Positions 34,062-45,191 are shown, counted from the stretch's first letter. The stretch is 64,000 nucleotides of DNA from Escherichia coli (GCF_050920415.1 NZ_CP169309.1); one strand, 5' to 3'. Translations and numbers: made by a program. The notes: a model not told the origin generated them from the sequence alone.

Positions 34062-34083
34062 TCAGGCAAGGATAAAATCGCTT

Positions 34084-36924
34084 ATGAAGCCGCTCTCTTC
34101 ACCGTTACAGCAGTACTGGCAGACCGTTGTTGAGCGGCTGCCAGCGCCTTTAGCCGAGGAATCACTTAGTGCACAGGCGAAGTCAGTACTTACTTTTAGT
34201 GATTTTCTGCAGGACAGCATAATTGCGCATCCAGAGTGGCTGACGGAACTGGAAAGCCAACCGCCGCAGGCCGACGAATGGCAGCATTACACTGCATGGT
34301 TGCAGGAGGCGCTCAGTAATGTGAGTGACGAAGCCGGGTTAATGCGCGAGCTGCGGCTATTCCGGCGGCGCATTATGGTGCGCATCGCCTGGGCGCAAAC
34401 GCTGGCACTGGTTACTGAAGAGAGCATTTTGCAGCAGCTCAGTCATCTGGCGGAGACGCTGATTGTTGCGGCGCGTGACTGGCTGTATGACGCTTGCTGC
34501 CGCGAGTGGGGAACGCCGTGCAATGCGCAGGGCGAAGCGCAACCGCTGCTGATTTTAGGCATGGGTAAGCTGGGCGGTGGGGAGCTGAATTTCTCCTCAG
34601 ATATCGATCTGATTTTTGCCTGGCCGGAACATGGTTGCACGCAGGGCGGACGCAGGGAACTGGATAACGCTCAGTTCTTTACCCGCATGGGTCAGCGGCT
34701 GATTAAAGTGCTGGATCAACCAACGCAGGATGGCTTCGTCTATCGCGTGGATATGCGACTGCGTCCGTTTGGCGAAAGTGGCCCGCTGGTGCTGAGCTTT
34801 GCGGCACTGGAAGACTATTACCAGGAGCAGGGGCGCGACTGGGAGCGATACGCCATGGTCAAGGCGCGGATTATGGGCGATAGCGACGGCGTCTATGCTA
34901 ACGAGTTGCGTGCGATGCTGCGCCCGTTTGTTTTCCGCCGTTACATCGATTTCAGCGTGATCCAGTCGCTGCGCAACATGAAAGGAATGATTGCCCGTGA
35001 AGTGCGCCGACGCGGTTTGACCGACAACATCAAACTTGGCGCGGGTGGCATTCGCGAAATTGAATTTATCGTCCAGGTATTCCAGCTCATTCGCGGCGGG
35101 CGCGAACCGTCGCTGCAATCGCGCTCTTTACTGCCAACGCTCAGCGCCATTGCCGCGCTGCATCTGCTTTCTGAAAACGATGCTGAACAATTGCGAGTGG
35201 CGTATCTGTTCCTGCGGCGCCTGGAAAACCTGCTGCAAAGCATTAACGACGAACAAACCCAGACACTTCCTTCTGATGAGCTTAACCGTGCGCGGCTGGC
35301 GTGGGCGATGGACTTTGCTGACTGGCCGCAACTGACCGGGGCGCTGACCGGACATATGACCAATGTGCGCCGGGTGTTTAACGAATTGATTGGCGATGAC
35401 GAAAGCGAAACTCAGGAAGAGTCGCTGTCGGAACAGTGGCGTGAGCTGTGGCAGGATGCGTTGCAGGAAGATGACACTACGCCAGTACTGGCGCATCTTA
35501 GCGAAGATGATCGCAAACAGGTGCTAACACTGATTGCCGATTTCCGCAAAGAGCTGGATAAGCGCACAATCGGGCCGCGAGGACGTCAGGTGCTCGACCA
35601 TCTGATGCCGCATCTGCTAAGTGATGTCTGTGCGCGTGAAGACGCTGCTGTCACGCTGTCGCGCATTACCGCCTTGCTGGTGGGGATTGTTACCCGCACT
35701 ACCTATTTAGAATTGCTTAGTGAATTCCCCGCGGCGCTTAAGCATTTGATTTCTCTGTGTGCCGCATCGCCGATGATTGCCAGCCAACTGGCGCGTTATC
35801 CATTATTGCTGGACGAACTGCTCGATCCAAACACTCTCTACCAGCCGACGGCGACGGATGCCTACCGTGATGAACTGCGCCAGTATTTGCTGCGCGTGCC
35901 GGAAGATGACGAAGAGCAACAGCTTGAGGCGCTGCGTCAGTTCAAACAGGCGCAACTTTTACGCATCGCGGCGGCGGATATCGCCGGTACGCTACCGGTC
36001 ATGAAAGTGAGCGATCACTTAACCTGGCTGGCAGAAGCCATGATAGATGCTGTCGTACAACAGGCATGGGTTCAAATGGTTGCCCGCTACGGTAAGCCAA
36101 ATCACCTGAACGAACGCGAAGGGCGTGGTTTTGCGGTGGTCGGCTACGGCAAGCTGGGCGGCTGGGAGTTAGGCTACAGTTCCGATCTTGACCTGATCTT
36201 CCTCCATGATTGCCCAATGGATGCAATGACTGACGGCGAGCGGGAAATCGACGGACGACAGTTTTATCTGCGTCTGGCGCAACGCATTATGCATCTGTTC
36301 AGTACGCGCACCTCTTCCGGCATTTTGTATGAAGTGGATGCTCGACTGCGTCCGTCCGGGGCGGCGGGAATGCTGGTCACCTCTGCAGAAGCGTTTGCCG
36401 ATTATCAGAAAAACGAGGCCTGGACGTGGGAACATCAGGCGCTGGTGCGTGCGCGTGTAGTGTACGGCGATCCGCAGCTCACCGCGCACTTTGACGCGGT
36501 GCGTCGCGAGATTATGACGCTGCCGCGTGAAGGTAAAACTCTGCAAACGGAAGTGCGGGAAATGCGCGAGAAAATGCGCGCTCATCTCGGCAATAAACAT
36601 CGCGATCGCTTTGATATCAAAGCCGATGAAGGCGGAATTACCGATATCGAATTTATTACCCAATATCTGGTGTTGCGCTACGCTCATGAAAAACCGAAGT
36701 TAACGCGCTGGTCAGACAACGTGCGTATTCTGGAGCTGCTGGCGCAAAACGACATTATGGAAGAGCAGGAAGCGATGGTGCTGACCCGTGCTTACACTAC
36801 GCTGCGCGATGAACTTCATCATCTGGCATTACAGGAATTGCCGGGCCATGTGTCGGAGGATTGCTTCACCGCAGAGCGTGATCTGGTGCGGGCAAGCTGG
36901 CAGAAGTGGCTGGTGGAAGAATGA
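34084..36924 (+). CDS. glnE: bifunctional glutamine synthetase adenylyltransferase/adenylyl-removing enzyme GlnE
   Basis: 946 aa from [20 protein letters not shown]; the 1014 aa ORF-track call from 33880 overlaps the ygiF 3' end and is an upstream extension. Confidence 0.93.
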   Translation: MKPLSSPLQQYWQTVVERLPAPLAEESLSAQAKSVLTFSDFLQDSIIAHPEWLTELESQPPQADEWQHYTAWLQEALSNVSDEAGLMRELRLFRRRIMVRIAWAQTLALVTEESILQQLSHLAETLIVAARDWLYDACCREWGTPCNAQGEAQPLLILGMGKLGGGELNFSSDIDLIFAWPEHGCTQGGRRELDNAQFFTRMGQRLIKVLDQPTQDGFVYRVDMRLRPFGESGPLVLSFAALEDYYQEQGRDWERYAMVKARIMGDSDGVYANELRAMLRPFVFRRYIDFSVIQSLRNMKGMIAREVRRRGLTDNIKLGAGGIREIEFIVQVFQLIRGGREPSLQSRSLLPTLSAIAALHLLSENDAEQLRVAYLFLRRLENLLQSINDEQTQTLPSDELNRARLAWAMDFADWPQLTGALTGHMTNVRRVFNELIGDDESETQEESLSEQWRELWQDALQEDDTTPVLAHLSEDDRKQVLTLIADFRKELDKRTIGPRGRQVLDHLMPHLLSDVCAREDAAVTLSRITALLVGIVTRTTYLELLSEFPAALKHLISLCAASPMIASQLARYPLLLDELLDPNTLYQPTATDAYRDELRQYLLRVPEDDEEQQLEALRQFKQAQLLRIAAADIAGTLPVMKVSDHLTWLAEAMIDAVVQQAWVQMVARYGKPNHLNEREGRGFAVVGYGKLGGWELGYSSDLDLIFLHDCPMDAMTDGEREIDGRQFYLRLAQRIMHLFSTRTSSGILYEVDARLRPSGAAGMLVTSAEAFADYQKNEAWTWEHQALVRARVVYGDPQLTAHFDAVRREIMTLPREGKTLQTEVREMREKMRAHLGNKHRDRFDIKADEGGITDIEFITQYLVLRYAHEKPKLTRWSDNVRILELLAQNDIMEEQEAMVLTRAYTTLRDELHHLALQELPGHVSEDCFTAERDLVRASWQKWLVEE

Positions 36925-36971
36925 AGTATGGTATTATCGCGCGCAAATTTTGAATCTCTCAGGAGACAGGA

Positions 36972-38405
36972 ATGAAAGTAACGCTGCCAGAGTTTGAACG
37001 TGCAGGAGTGATGGTGGTTGGTGATGTGATGCTGGATCGTTACTGGTACGGTCCCACCAGCCGTATCTCGCCGGAAGCGCCGGTGCCCGTGGTTAAAGTG
37101 AATACCATCGAAGAACGTCCGGGCGGCGCGGCTAACGTGGCGATGAATATCGCTTCTCTCGGTGCTAATGCACGCCTGGTCGGGTTGACGGGCATTGACG
37201 ATGCGGCGCGCGCGCTGAGTAAATCTCTGGCCGACGTCAACGTCAAATGCGACTTCGTTTCTGTACCGACGCATCCGACCATCACCAAATTACGGGTACT
37301 TTCCCGCAACCAACAGCTGATCCGTCTGGATTTTGAAGAAGGTTTCGAAGGGGTTGATCCGCAGCCGCTGCACGAGCGGATTAATCAGGCGCTGAGTTCG
37401 ATTGGCGCGCTGGTGCTCTCTGACTACGCGAAAGGTGCGCTGGCAAGCGTGCAGCAGATGATCCAACTGGCGCGTAAAGCGGGCGTTCCGGTGCTGATTG
37501 ATCCAAAAGGCACCGATTTTGAGCGCTACCGCGGCGCTACGCTGTTAACGCCGAATCTCTCGGAATTTGAAGCTGTTGTCGGTAAATGTAAGACCGAAGA
37601 AGAGATTGTTGAGCGCGGAATGAAACTGATTGCCGATTACGAATTCTCGGCTCTGTTGGTGACCCGTTCCGAACAAGGGATGTCGCTGCTGCAACCGGGT
37701 AAAGAGCCGCTGCATATGCCAACCCAGGCGCAGGAAGTGTATGACGTCACCGGTGCGGGCGATACGGTGATTGGTGTGCTGGCAGCAACGCTGGCGGCGG
37801 GTAATTCGCTGGAAGAAGCCTGCTTCTTTGCCAACGCGGCGGCCGGTGTGGTGGTTGGCAAACTGGGAACATCCACGGTTTCGCCGATCGAGCTGGAAAA
37901 TGCAGTACGTGGACGTGCAGATACCGGCTTTGGTGTGATGACCGAAGAGGAACTGAAGCTTGCTGTAGCGGCGGCGCGTAAACGCGGTGAAAAAGTGGTG
38001 ATGACCAATGGCGTCTTCGACATCCTGCACGCCGGGCACGTCTCCTATCTGGCAAATGCCCGCAAACTGGGTGACCGCCTGATTGTCGCTGTGAACAGCG
38101 ATGCCTCCACCAAACGGCTGAAAGGGGATTCCCGCCCCGTTAACCCTCTCGAACAGCGTATGATTGTGCTGGGGGCACTGGAAGCGGTCGACTGGGTGGT
38201 GTCGTTTGAAGAAGACACGCCGCAGCGCTTGATCGCCGGGATCTTGCCAGACCTGCTGGTGAAAGGCGGCGACTATAAACCAGAAGAGATTGCCGGGAGT
38301 AAAGAAGTCTGGGCCAACGGTGGCGAAGTGCTGGTGCTCAACTTCGAAGACGGTTGCTCAACCACTAACATTATCAAGAAGATCCAGCAGGATAAAAAAG
38401 GCTAA
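36972..38405 (+). CDS. hldE: bifunctional D-beta-D-heptose 7-phosphate kinase / 1-phosphate adenylyltransferase HldE (RfaE)
   Basis: 477 aa [27 protein letters not shown]... Confidence 0.95.
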   Translation: MKVTLPEFERAGVMVVGDVMLDRYWYGPTSRISPEAPVPVVKVNTIEERPGGAANVAMNIASLGANARLVGLTGIDDAARALSKSLADVNVKCDFVSVPTHPTITKLRVLSRNQQLIRLDFEEGFEGVDPQPLHERINQALSSIGALVLSDYAKGALASVQQMIQLARKAGVPVLIDPKGTDFERYRGATLLTPNLSEFEAVVGKCKTEEEIVERGMKLIADYEFSALLVTRSEQGMSLLQPGKEPLHMPTQAQEVYDVTGAGDTVIGVLAATLAAGNSLEEACFFANAAAGVVVGKLGTSTVSPIELENAVRGRADTGFGVMTEEELKLAVAAARKRGEKVVMTNGVFDILHAGHVSYLANARKLGDRLIVAVNSDASTKRLKGDSRPVNPLEQRMIVLGALEAVDWVVSFEEDTPQRLIAGILPDLLVKGGDYKPEEIAGSKEVWANGGEVLVLNFEDGCSTTNIIKKIQQDKKG

Positions 38406-38489
38406 CCGGAAAGCGGTTCACAGTTCTCGCGTTGTGCCGGATAGTCCTATTGACGCTGTTGTTTTTTCAACCTAAAGTAAAGGAACAAG

Positions 38490-38630
38490 GGTAAGGGAGG
38501 ATTTCTCCCCCCTCTGAATGGCCGTTAATAAGCGTGGAAACTTATCAGTAACAGCACAATCAGTATGATGACGAACTTCATCATAACCCTTTCCTTATAC
38601 AAGGCCCCTTCTTCGGGAGGGGCTTTCCCG
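38490..38630 (+). ncRNA. Sib-type antisense sRNA (antitoxin) covering the ibs ORF; ends approximate
   Basis: Plus-strand terminator hairpin gcccct-tcttcggg-aggggc then T-rich tract at 38604-38632; fully antisense to the ibs ORF, as in known Sib/Ibs loci between hldE and yqiK. Confidence 0.6.
38525..38584 (-). CDS. Ibs-family type I toxin, 19 aa hydrophobic peptide (MMKFVIILIVLLLISFHAY)
   Basis: Reverse complement atgatgaagttcgtcatcatactgattgtgctgttactgataagtttccacgcttattaa read directly; matches the Ibs toxin pattern; which named ibs paralog is uncertain. Confidence 0.8.
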   Translation of the reverse strand: MMKFVIILIVLLLISFHAY

Positions 38631-38866
38631 TTTCAGCCCCTTGCTGATTCCCCGATTGTTGATGAGCGCCAGACCCCGCGCAATGCTTTCCCTGATGCAC
38701 TTTTCTCTTCCCCGAGTCGGCTCGCAAAACGCTGTAACAACCTGATCATTTGTACTTTTTAGCGGAACGCAGATATAAAAAATCCCCGGCTTTTTGGGCC
38801 AGGGATATGTGTTAATGAAACCTTCTTGACGCTGATTTTTTTTCAACCTAAAGTAAAGGAACAAGG

Positions 38867-39007
38867 GTAAGGGAGGATTTCTCCCCCCTCTGAATTGGTT
38901 GTTAGTAAGTCGGGAAACTTAACAGTAACAACACAATCAGTATGATGACGAACTTCATCATAACCCTTTCCTTATACAAGGCCCCTTCCTCGGGAGGGGC
39001 TTTCCCG
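38867..39007 (+). ncRNA. Sib-type antisense sRNA (second copy); ends approximate
   Basis: Same architecture as copy 1, terminator hairpin at ~38981-39003. Confidence 0.6.
38902..38961 (-). CDS. Ibs-family type I toxin, 19 aa hydrophobic peptide (MMKFVIILIVLLLLSFPTY)
   Basis: Reverse complement atgatgaagttcgtcatcatactgattgtgttgttactgttaagtttcccgacttactaa read directly. Confidence 0.8.
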   Translation of the reverse strand: MMKFVIILIVLLLLSFPTY

Positions 39008-39199
39008 TTTCAGCCCCTTGCTGACTCCCCGATTGTTGATGAGCGCCAGACCCCGCGCAATGCTTTCTCTTATGCAGTTTTCTCTTCCCCGAGTCGGCTC
39101 GCAAAACGCTGTAACAACCTGATCATTTGTACTTTTTAGCGGAACACAGATATAAAAAATCCCCGACTTTTTGGGCCAGGGATGTTCATGGTTGAAAAT

Positions 39200-40861
39200 T
39201 TATTCTATGTTTTCTGCTACGGGAGTTGTTGAGGTTAAGGGTGAAGTCAATGCCGCTAGCGAGCCGCCTGAAACACCAATTTCATTGAGCAAGGAGTCAA
39301 TCAGCGGTGCCTGTGTGCGGTAAGAAAGCGCGGCTGATAACGCTTGTTCCGCCAGATTTCCTCCACCAACGCTACCTGATATTGCATCCCCTGCGGTACC
39401 ACCACGGTTCAGACCATCGACCTGAATAATCTTAATACCGTCGATAGACTTCATTGGTTCCACAGATTTCTCAATTACCGCAGGGAGCGCCTGCAACAAT
39501 GCCAGCTTGAATTTAAGGCTGGTTTGCTCGTCAGAAAGTACGTTGATAGCATCGTTCAGCGCACGTTGCGCTTCTGCTTCCGCCAGGCCTTTTTTACGCG
39601 TAGCTTCGGCTAACTCAACGATCGCCGCCGCCTGCATCTCTGCGGCTTCTTTCTCTGCTTTCGCCCGCACGGTCAGTTCAACCGCTTTGGTTTCTGCATC
39701 CTGCGCGGCAGCGATTAGGGCAACTTGTTTAGCACGATCGGCTTCTGCGGTCTGGCGAGTGGTTTCTACGTTTTGCTGGGCGCTTACCGCTTCTGCAAGT
39801 GCAAGGTTGGCACGCGCTTCCGTTTGTGACTGCTGTTCCGATTTGGCGGCAATAGCGATCGATTTCGTCTGGTTGGCGATTTCGGTGACCTGCTGCTGTT
39901 CGATCTCTTTAATGCGAACTTCACGTTCAGCTTCAACTTTTCTGGAACGGACGGCCTGTTCGCGGTCGATTTCCGTTTCCTGAATCTGTCGTTCAGCCAG
40001 AATTCGCGTCTGCTCTGCTTCCCGACGACGCTCGGCCTCAAAAGCCGCAATTTTCGCATTCTGCTCAGCGGTACGGGTTTTAACCTGCTGCTCCTGCTCA
40101 AGCGTCATAAACGCTTCTTGCTGTTCAATCTCCAGCTTCCGCGAAAGCGCATCACGGTTTTTCTCACGCACCGCAACTTCTACATCCTGTTCAACTTCGT
40201 TACGTTCGCGACGACGGCGCTCCGTCTCCTGCGTCAGCTTGGTTAAACCTTCGGCGTCAAAGGCGTTGTTAGGATTGAAATGTTCTTTCGACGTCTGGTT
40301 AAAGTTGGTAAGTGAAACGCTTTCCAGTTCCAGGCCGTTTTTCGACAGATCTTCAGCAACGGTATTTTGTACGCCCTGCACGAAGTTCTCGCGGGTATCC
40401 TGTAACTCATGCATGGTCATTTGTGCAGCTGTTGCACGGAGGGCATCGACAAATTTATCTTCAACCAACATACGTAAGTCTTCAGGCGACAGGGTGCGTT
40501 GCCCCAGCGTCTGGGCGGCGGTGGCAATACCTTCCACTGACGGTTTTACCCGCACAAAGAAAGCGACAACGACATCGACGCGCATACGATCTTTCGTAAT
40601 CAGGCTATCAATGGTTGAGCGGCTGACTTCCAGCTTCAGAGTATTCATATTGATGGGGATTATTTCATGAAAGATCGGCATCACGATTGCGCCACCGCTC
40701 ATTACCACTTTTTGCCCACCTAAACCAGTACGAACAAAAGCTTGCTCTGCCGAAGCGCGACGATAGAGCCTGGCGAAAATAATTCCAATAATTAACAGAA
40801 TGCATACGGCAATAATTGCGGTAAACATCCAGGAGGGCACAGAATTAACAATATCATCCAT
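39200..40861 (-). CDS. yqiK: flotillin-like SPFH/band-7 inner membrane protein YqiK
   Basis: 553 aa; N-terminal TM, SPFH domain, long Ala/Glu/Gln-rich coiled-coil. Confidence 0.88.
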   Translation of the reverse strand: MDDIVNSVPSWMFTAIIAVCILLIIGIIFARLYRRASAEQAFVRTGLGGQKVVMSGGAIVMPIFHEIIPINMNTLKLEVSRSTIDSLITKDRMRVDVVVAFFVRVKPSVEGIATAAQTLGQRTLSPEDLRMLVEDKFVDALRATAAQMTMHELQDTRENFVQGVQNTVAEDLSKNGLELESVSLTNFNQTSKEHFNPNNAFDAEGLTKLTQETERRRRERNEVEQDVEVAVREKNRDALSRKLEIEQQEAFMTLEQEQQVKTRTAEQNAKIAAFEAERRREAEQTRILAERQIQETEIDREQAVRSRKVEAEREVRIKEIEQQQVTEIANQTKSIAIAAKSEQQSQTEARANLALAEAVSAQQNVETTRQTAEADRAKQVALIAAAQDAETKAVELTVRAKAEKEAAEMQAAAIVELAEATRKKGLAEAEAQRALNDAINVLSDEQTSLKFKLALLQALPAVIEKSVEPMKSIDGIKIIQVDGLNRGGTAGDAISGSVGGGNLAEQALSAALSYRTQAPLIDSLLNEIGVSGGSLAALTSPLTSTTPVAENIE

Positions 40862-40887
40862 TATTAAATTTCCTTTTGATTAATAAA

Positions 40888-41517
40888 TTACAGTATTTGG
40901 GGCCAGGGATTTTTTTCCGCCAAATATCGCGTTGCAGAAAGTCGGCAAATAATTAATACTTTGTCTCCTTTAGTGAAAGTTTTTTCTTCTTCAGGTTCCA
41001 GTAGTAAATAATGTATTTGGCCAAATTGATCGGTGAGTTTTCCTTCACAGGGGTTACCTGAAGTGGCCTGATGTCCGGTAATTAATGCCATGCAGCCAAT
41101 ATAATCGTCTTCTGTAATAGCAGTGCTATGATCTCGTGGTAACCAGGGCGCAATTCCTTTACCGGTATAATGCACTGCAATAATCGTTAGCAGTAAACTG
41201 ACAGGAACCACAAACAGATTTGTGAGTGGTGATTGCCAGACCATGATGCAGACCTGCTGTAGCAGGATGCCAATAAGGCCAAAAAAACCAGCATGTAAGC
41301 AGAGAACGACGAGAGCTGGCAATCTTCCAAAATTGAGATAATGAAGTGCCTGGCTAATATGACCTGTGGTTATGGAATCATAATGGTCAAGATGTGCATC
41401 AAGAGCACCGGAAAGCATGTGACCGCAGATAAGTGCAAAAATTTCTAAAAGGCCGATCAAAAGTACAAAAGAAATAGCGAAAAGATAAGGGGTGTTATAG
41501 TCAGCGAATAAACTCAT
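40888..41517 (-). CDS. yqiJ: inner membrane protein YqiJ (NfeD-like partner of YqiK)
   Basis: 209 aa multi-TM protein immediately upstream of yqiK in the same orientation. Confidence 0.85.
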   Translation of the reverse strand: MSLFADYNTPYLFAISFVLLIGLLEIFALICGHMLSGALDAHLDHYDSITTGHISQALHYLNFGRLPALVVLCLHAGFFGLIGILLQQVCIMVWQSPLTNLFVVPVSLLLTIIAVHYTGKGIAPWLPRDHSTAITEDDYIGCMALITGHQATSGNPCEGKLTDQFGQIHYLLLEPEEEKTFTKGDKVLIICRLSATRYLAEKNPWPQIL

Positions 41518-41786
41518 ATGTCACTCCAATGTCCATTTAGTGACGCAATATTTATTTTGCGATAATTTCCTTGCTTACATTTATCTTTGTTAATAATAAC
41601 ACATGTTAGAGATGTTCTGAAAGAGAAAGTCTTTTAATGTTGTTTTTTTATTTTTCACTAAAAAGTGTGATCGGGAACAATATATTTACGCACGTTATGT
41701 TTAAAGGCACTACACTGATTGGGGAATACTGAAATCAGAAAAAGCATATGGCCTTAAAAGGTATGCGATAACCGGAGGAGGTGCTT

Positions 41787-41987
41787 ATGGATCATAGTCT
41801 TAATTCTTTAAATAATTTCGATTTCCTGGCGCGTAGTTTTGCCAGAATGCACGCAGAAGGTCGCCCGGTCGATATTCTGGCCGTTACTGGTAACATGGAT
41901 GAAGAACATAGAACCTGGTTTTGCGCACGTTATGCCTGGTATTGCCAACAAATGATGCAAACCAGAGAACTGGAATTAGAACATTGA
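41787..41987 (+). CDS. glgS: surface-composition / glycogen-synthesis regulator GlgS
   Basis: [57 protein letters not shown]...; SD ggagga 7 nt upstream of this ATG. Confidence 0.92.
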
Positions 41988-41991
41988 TATT

Positions 41992-42015
41992 ACGGGCCGT
42001 CTGGCCCGTTTTTGT
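41992..42015 (+). terminator. rho-independent terminator after glgS
   Basis: acgggccgtctggcccgttttt. Confidence 0.7.
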
Positions 42016-42021
42016 GGTGCT

Positions 42022-42321
42022 TTATTCTGCTTTATCAACCGGCGGGATAGCCGGAGGAGATTGAAGATCTGCTACCGAATTATTGCGCGCTTCCAGTTCA
42101 CTGATGCGCTGCTCCAGTAATGCCAGTTTCTCACGAGTCCGTAACAGGACTTGCGTCTGTACGTCGAATTCTTCGCGGCTCACCAGATCGAGACGCGTCA
42201 ACTGCGCTTGTAGGGTTTGGCGGATTTTTTTCTCCACATCTTCCCCGAACTCCCTGATTCCTTTAGGCATTGATTCGTGAACCTGGCGAGCGATTTGCTC
42301 AATTTTTTTCGGGTCAATCAT
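42022..42321 (-). CDS. ubiK: ubiquinone biosynthesis accessory factor UbiK (YqiC, BMFP family)
   Basis: Start taken at [21 protein letters not shown] (ATG 42319-42321); ORF track extends 20 codons further upstream. Confidence 0.85.
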   Translation of the reverse strand: MIDPKKIEQIARQVHESMPKGIREFGEDVEKKIRQTLQAQLTRLDLVSREEFDVQTQVLLRTREKLALLEQRISELEARNNSVADLQSPPAIPPVDKAE

Positions 42322-42443
42322 TGTAGTTTCCCTGTACTGATAGGTGTTGAGTGCCATTGTAGTGCGATAAGGGTAAGTCATAAACCAGAATTATGTGAAG
42401 CTATGCGTTGCTGCCGCTAATCATTAGCGTTATAGTGAATCCG

Positions 42444-42690
42444 CTTATTCTCAGGGCGGGGCGAAATTCCCCACCGGCGGTAAATCAACTCAGTTGAAAG
42501 CCCGCGAGCGCTTTGGGTGCGAACTCAAAGGACAGCAGATCCGGTGTAATTCCGGGGCCGACGGTTAGAGTCCGGATGGGAGAGAGTAACGATTCTGTCG
42601 GGCATGGACCCGCTCACGTTATTTTGGCTATATGCCGCCACTCCTAAGACTGCCCTGATTCTGGTAACCATAATTTTAGTGAGGTTTTTT
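42444..42690 (+). ncRNA. FMN riboswitch (RFN element) in the ribB leader; aptamer ~42444-42595 plus expression platform
   Basis: Conserved RFN segments agggcggggcgaaattccccaccggcggtaaa, cccgcgagcgctttgggtg, aggacagcagatccggtgtaattccggggccgacggttagagtccggatgggagagagtaacg seen directly. Confidence 0.85.
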
Positions 42691-42694
42691 TACC

Positions 42695-43348
42695 ATGAAT
42701 CAGACGCTACTTTCCTCTTTTGGTACGCCTTTCGAACGTGTTGAAAATGCACTGGCAGCGCTGCGTGAAGGACGCGGTGTAATGGTGCTTGATGATGAAG
42801 ACCGTGAAAACGAAGGCGATATGATCTTCCCGGCAGAAACCATGACCGTTGAGCAGATGGCACTGACCATTCGCCACGGTAGCGGTATTGTTTGCCTGTG
42901 CATCACTGAAGATCGCCGTAAACAGCTCGATCTGCCAATGATGGTAGAAAAAAACACCAGCGCCTATGGCACCGGTTTTACCGTGACCATTGAAGCGGCT
43001 GAAGGGGTGACTACCGGTGTTTCTGCCGCTGACCGTATTACGACCGTTCGTGCTGCGATTGCTGATGGTGCTAAACCTTCAGACTTGAATCGTCCTGGCC
43101 ACGTATTCCCACTGCGCGCGCAGGCGGGTGGTGTGCTGACGCGTGGCGGCCATACCGAAGCGACTATTGATCTGATGACGCTGGCAGGCTTTAAACCAGC
43201 TGGTGTGTTGTGTGAGCTGACTAATGACGATGGCACGATGGCGCGTGCACCAGAGTGCATTGAGTTTGCCAATAAACACAATATGGCGCTCGTGACTATT
43301 GAAGACCTGGTGGCATACCGTCAGGCACATGAGCGTAAAGCTAGTTAA
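42695..43348 (+). CDS. ribB: 3,4-dihydroxy-2-butanone 4-phosphate synthase RibB
   Basis: 217 aa [45 protein letters not shown]... Confidence 0.95.
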   Translation: MNQTLLSSFGTPFERVENALAALREGRGVMVLDDEDRENEGDMIFPAETMTVEQMALTIRHGSGIVCLCITEDRRKQLDLPMMVEKNTSAYGTGFTVTIEAAEGVTTGVSAADRITTVRAAIADGAKPSDLNRPGHVFPLRAQAGGVLTRGGHTEATIDLMTLAGFKPAGVLCELTNDDGTMARAPECIEFANKHNMALVTIEDLVAYRQAHERKAS

Positions 43349-43370
43349 TAACTCAAAATATTGAAGATGA

Positions 43371-43401
43371 AAACGCCGGGATATTCCCGGCGTTTTTATG
43401 G
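43371..43401. terminator. bidirectional terminator shared by convergent ribB and yqiI
   Basis: aaaacgccgggatattcccggcgtttt perfect hairpin with A/T flanks. Confidence 0.75.
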
Positions 43402-44445
43402 CTAGTTGTAGTTGATTTTAACAATCAGGTCCTTTTGAAATGGGCCATAAACCAGTGTTGCACCTGGTTCTGTCGTTAGCTTCGCCTGGTAACTTCGTGT
43501 TATTACTGCTGGGGTTTCATTAGGTTTATAAGTAGTAAATAATTTATACTGATTAAATTTCATATCTGTCTTATCAACTTGATCTGTAATGTGCATTATA
43601 AGACCGTTTCCCATTTCTAAGTGTGTATTATCATATAATGTATCATCAGTGTAGAAACTGGTTGCGACATCAAATTGTTCGCTACAATTAGCAGTAGCAT
43701 CCCGAATTGTTGAAACATCAAATGTAGCTGTTGGTGGTATAGTCACGATTGTACTCGGGTCAATACGTCCGAAATTAACGATTTGACTTTCAGGGAAAAT
43801 GCGAATGTCTATGCTACAATCAAGAAAAGAAATATTGTCGAGTCCAGTAATATTAGCGTGTAAATTTTTGGCTCTATTATCGGTGTTTGCTCCTTGTGAA
43901 CCATCGAATTGCAATATATTGACCGTACTGAAGTCAATTTTCGTGTCCTTTGGGGGGTGTTGTTTAAGTTTTACATACAAGCGAAATCGAGCATTGAAGG
44001 TGACCTCTGTTTGGAGGACACCAGTATTAGTGCATGTGTCAGTCACAATCTGAAATGGGTTTGCTCTATCCAGACAATATCCTGTATCAATGCCCTGATT
44101 GTTTCCTTCGTAATCCTGTCCATTATAAGTTACACCAAATGTTAAGTATGGGTTGTTTATCACAGAGGGATCATTGAACTCTGCTATTTTTATCCAGGCA
44201 TGAACATTTTCATATGGATTGCTTTCTGACCAATTGACGGCCCTGTTGCAAAAAACTTTTGTATTAATATCATCGCTTTCCCAAATTTTCTGACCAATCT
44301 CAGCATCCTGTGGTACTTTGAACGCAGGCATAGGTTTATTTATTTCTGTATTACCAAAACGTTTATTCTGATAGCAATCGACTGCATAAGAAGAAACATT
44401 AACAAACAAGCACAATATTGCCAGGAGACGAAAAAGCATGATCAT
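43402..44445 (-). CDS. yqiI: fimbrial adhesin-like protein YqiI
   Basis: 347 aa with signal peptide; last gene of the chaperone-usher operon. Confidence 0.8.
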   Translation of the reverse strand: MIMLFRLLAILCLFVNVSSYAVDCYQNKRFGNTEINKPMPAFKVPQDAEIGQKIWESDDINTKVFCNRAVNWSESNPYENVHAWIKIAEFNDPSVINNPYLTFGVTYNGQDYEGNNQGIDTGYCLDRANPFQIVTDTCTNTGVLQTEVTFNARFRLYVKLKQHPPKDTKIDFSTVNILQFDGSQGANTDNRAKNLHANITGLDNISFLDCSIDIRIFPESQIVNFGRIDPSTIVTIPPTATFDVSTIRDATANCSEQFDVATSFYTDDTLYDNTHLEMGNGLIMHITDQVDKTDMKFNQYKLFTTYKPNETPAVITRSYQAKLTTEPGATLVYGPFQKDLIVKINYN

Positions 44446-45191
44446 AATTTTCCCTTCTTCGCAGGTGTAGCTTGGCAGAGTGACTGAACGGAATTACAGT
44501 CAATTTTGAACATTTCCAGCCCACCGTAATCACCAACAAAACCCAGTAGGAAGGTCGTCGGAAGGTTTTTAATTTGCTGAGTTGCAGTCCCAAAAGGGGT
44601 AACCATAATGCTGTCTGTTCCGGGCATTAATGTCTTGCCGTTAGTTCCGATATAACCGACGGTAATGTGATAAGGCGTCGGGTTATTCAGGGTCAACCCG
44701 GCGGCGCTGTGGGTAATCGTCAATTTTTGCAGGGGTACCATCTCTCCCTCTTTTAATTCAATCGATTTGGGTCGCCAGAACAGTTTCAGACGACTTTGCA
44801 TGGCGATTTGCATTACATTCTGTTCTTTGGCGCGCGGCGGAATTTCCCGCACGTTATAGTAAAACAGCGTTTCTCTGTCCTGTGGCAAGTTGTTTAATGC
44901 GGACAGCGCCATCAGGCGAATTTGCACTTGCTCATTGGCCTCGATACGTTCCATTGGGGGGAGCGTTGATATGTAATCGCGCGTTTTTTTACCGCTGGCG
45001 TCCTCAATCCACGATTGAGCTAAATAAGGATCGATTTTACTTTGGTTGGTCAGGCGAACAGTTGCGCTTTTATTTGAAGCATTAAAAATTATGCGCGTTC
45101 TGTCGGGGGAGACAGTCGCTTGGGCGAAGTTACAGAACCCCAGTAAACAAATCATTCCTGTTACGGTTAATAGCGATTTCATTTTTTTCAT
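44442..45191 (-). CDS. yqiH: periplasmic fimbrial chaperone YqiH (PapD-like)
   Basis: 249 aa with signal peptide, PapD-like pilus chaperone pattern; overlaps yqiI start. Confidence 0.85.
   Translation of the reverse strand: MKKMKSLLTVTGMICLLGFCNFAQATVSPDRTRIIFNASNKSATVRLTNQSKIDPYLAQSWIEDASGKKTRDYISTLPPMERIEANEQVQIRLMALSALNNLPQDRETLFYYNVREIPPRAKEQNVMQIAMQSRLKLFWRPKSIELKEGEMVPLQKLTITHSAAGLTLNNPTPYHITVGYIGTNGKTLMPGTDSIMVTPFGTATQQIKNLPTTFLLGFVGDYGGLEMFKIDCNSVQSLCQATPAKKGKL

Larger units (their letters stand above)
38450..39190. repeat. two tandem ~377 bp near-identical repeat units (sib/ibs-type toxin-antitoxin modules)
   Basis: Unit 1 ~38450-38805 and unit 2 ~38827-39183 align base-for-base with a few substitutions; each contains a 19-codon ORF and a terminator hairpin. 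Confidence 0.9.

Noticed and set aside
33880-34083. N-terminal 68-codon extension of the glnE ORF (1014 aa call)
   Set aside because: It overlaps the 3' end of ygiF in another frame. The recognised GlnE N-terminus ([12 protein letters not shown]) starts at 34084, giving the expected 946 aa.
38565-38762. 65-aa ORF (MMTNFIITLSLYKAPSSGG...) and its twin at 38942-39139, plus the 89-aa minus-strand ORF at 38595-38864
   Set aside because: They lie inside the tandem sib/ibs repeats, antisense to or overlapping the 19-codon Ibs ORFs and the terminator hairpins. The known architecture (small toxin plus antisense RNA) explains the region better.
38450-39190. Possible CRISPR array
   Set aside because: Only two long (~377 bp) direct repeat units without short repeat-spacer periodicity. 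No CRISPR-like arrays elsewhere in the window.
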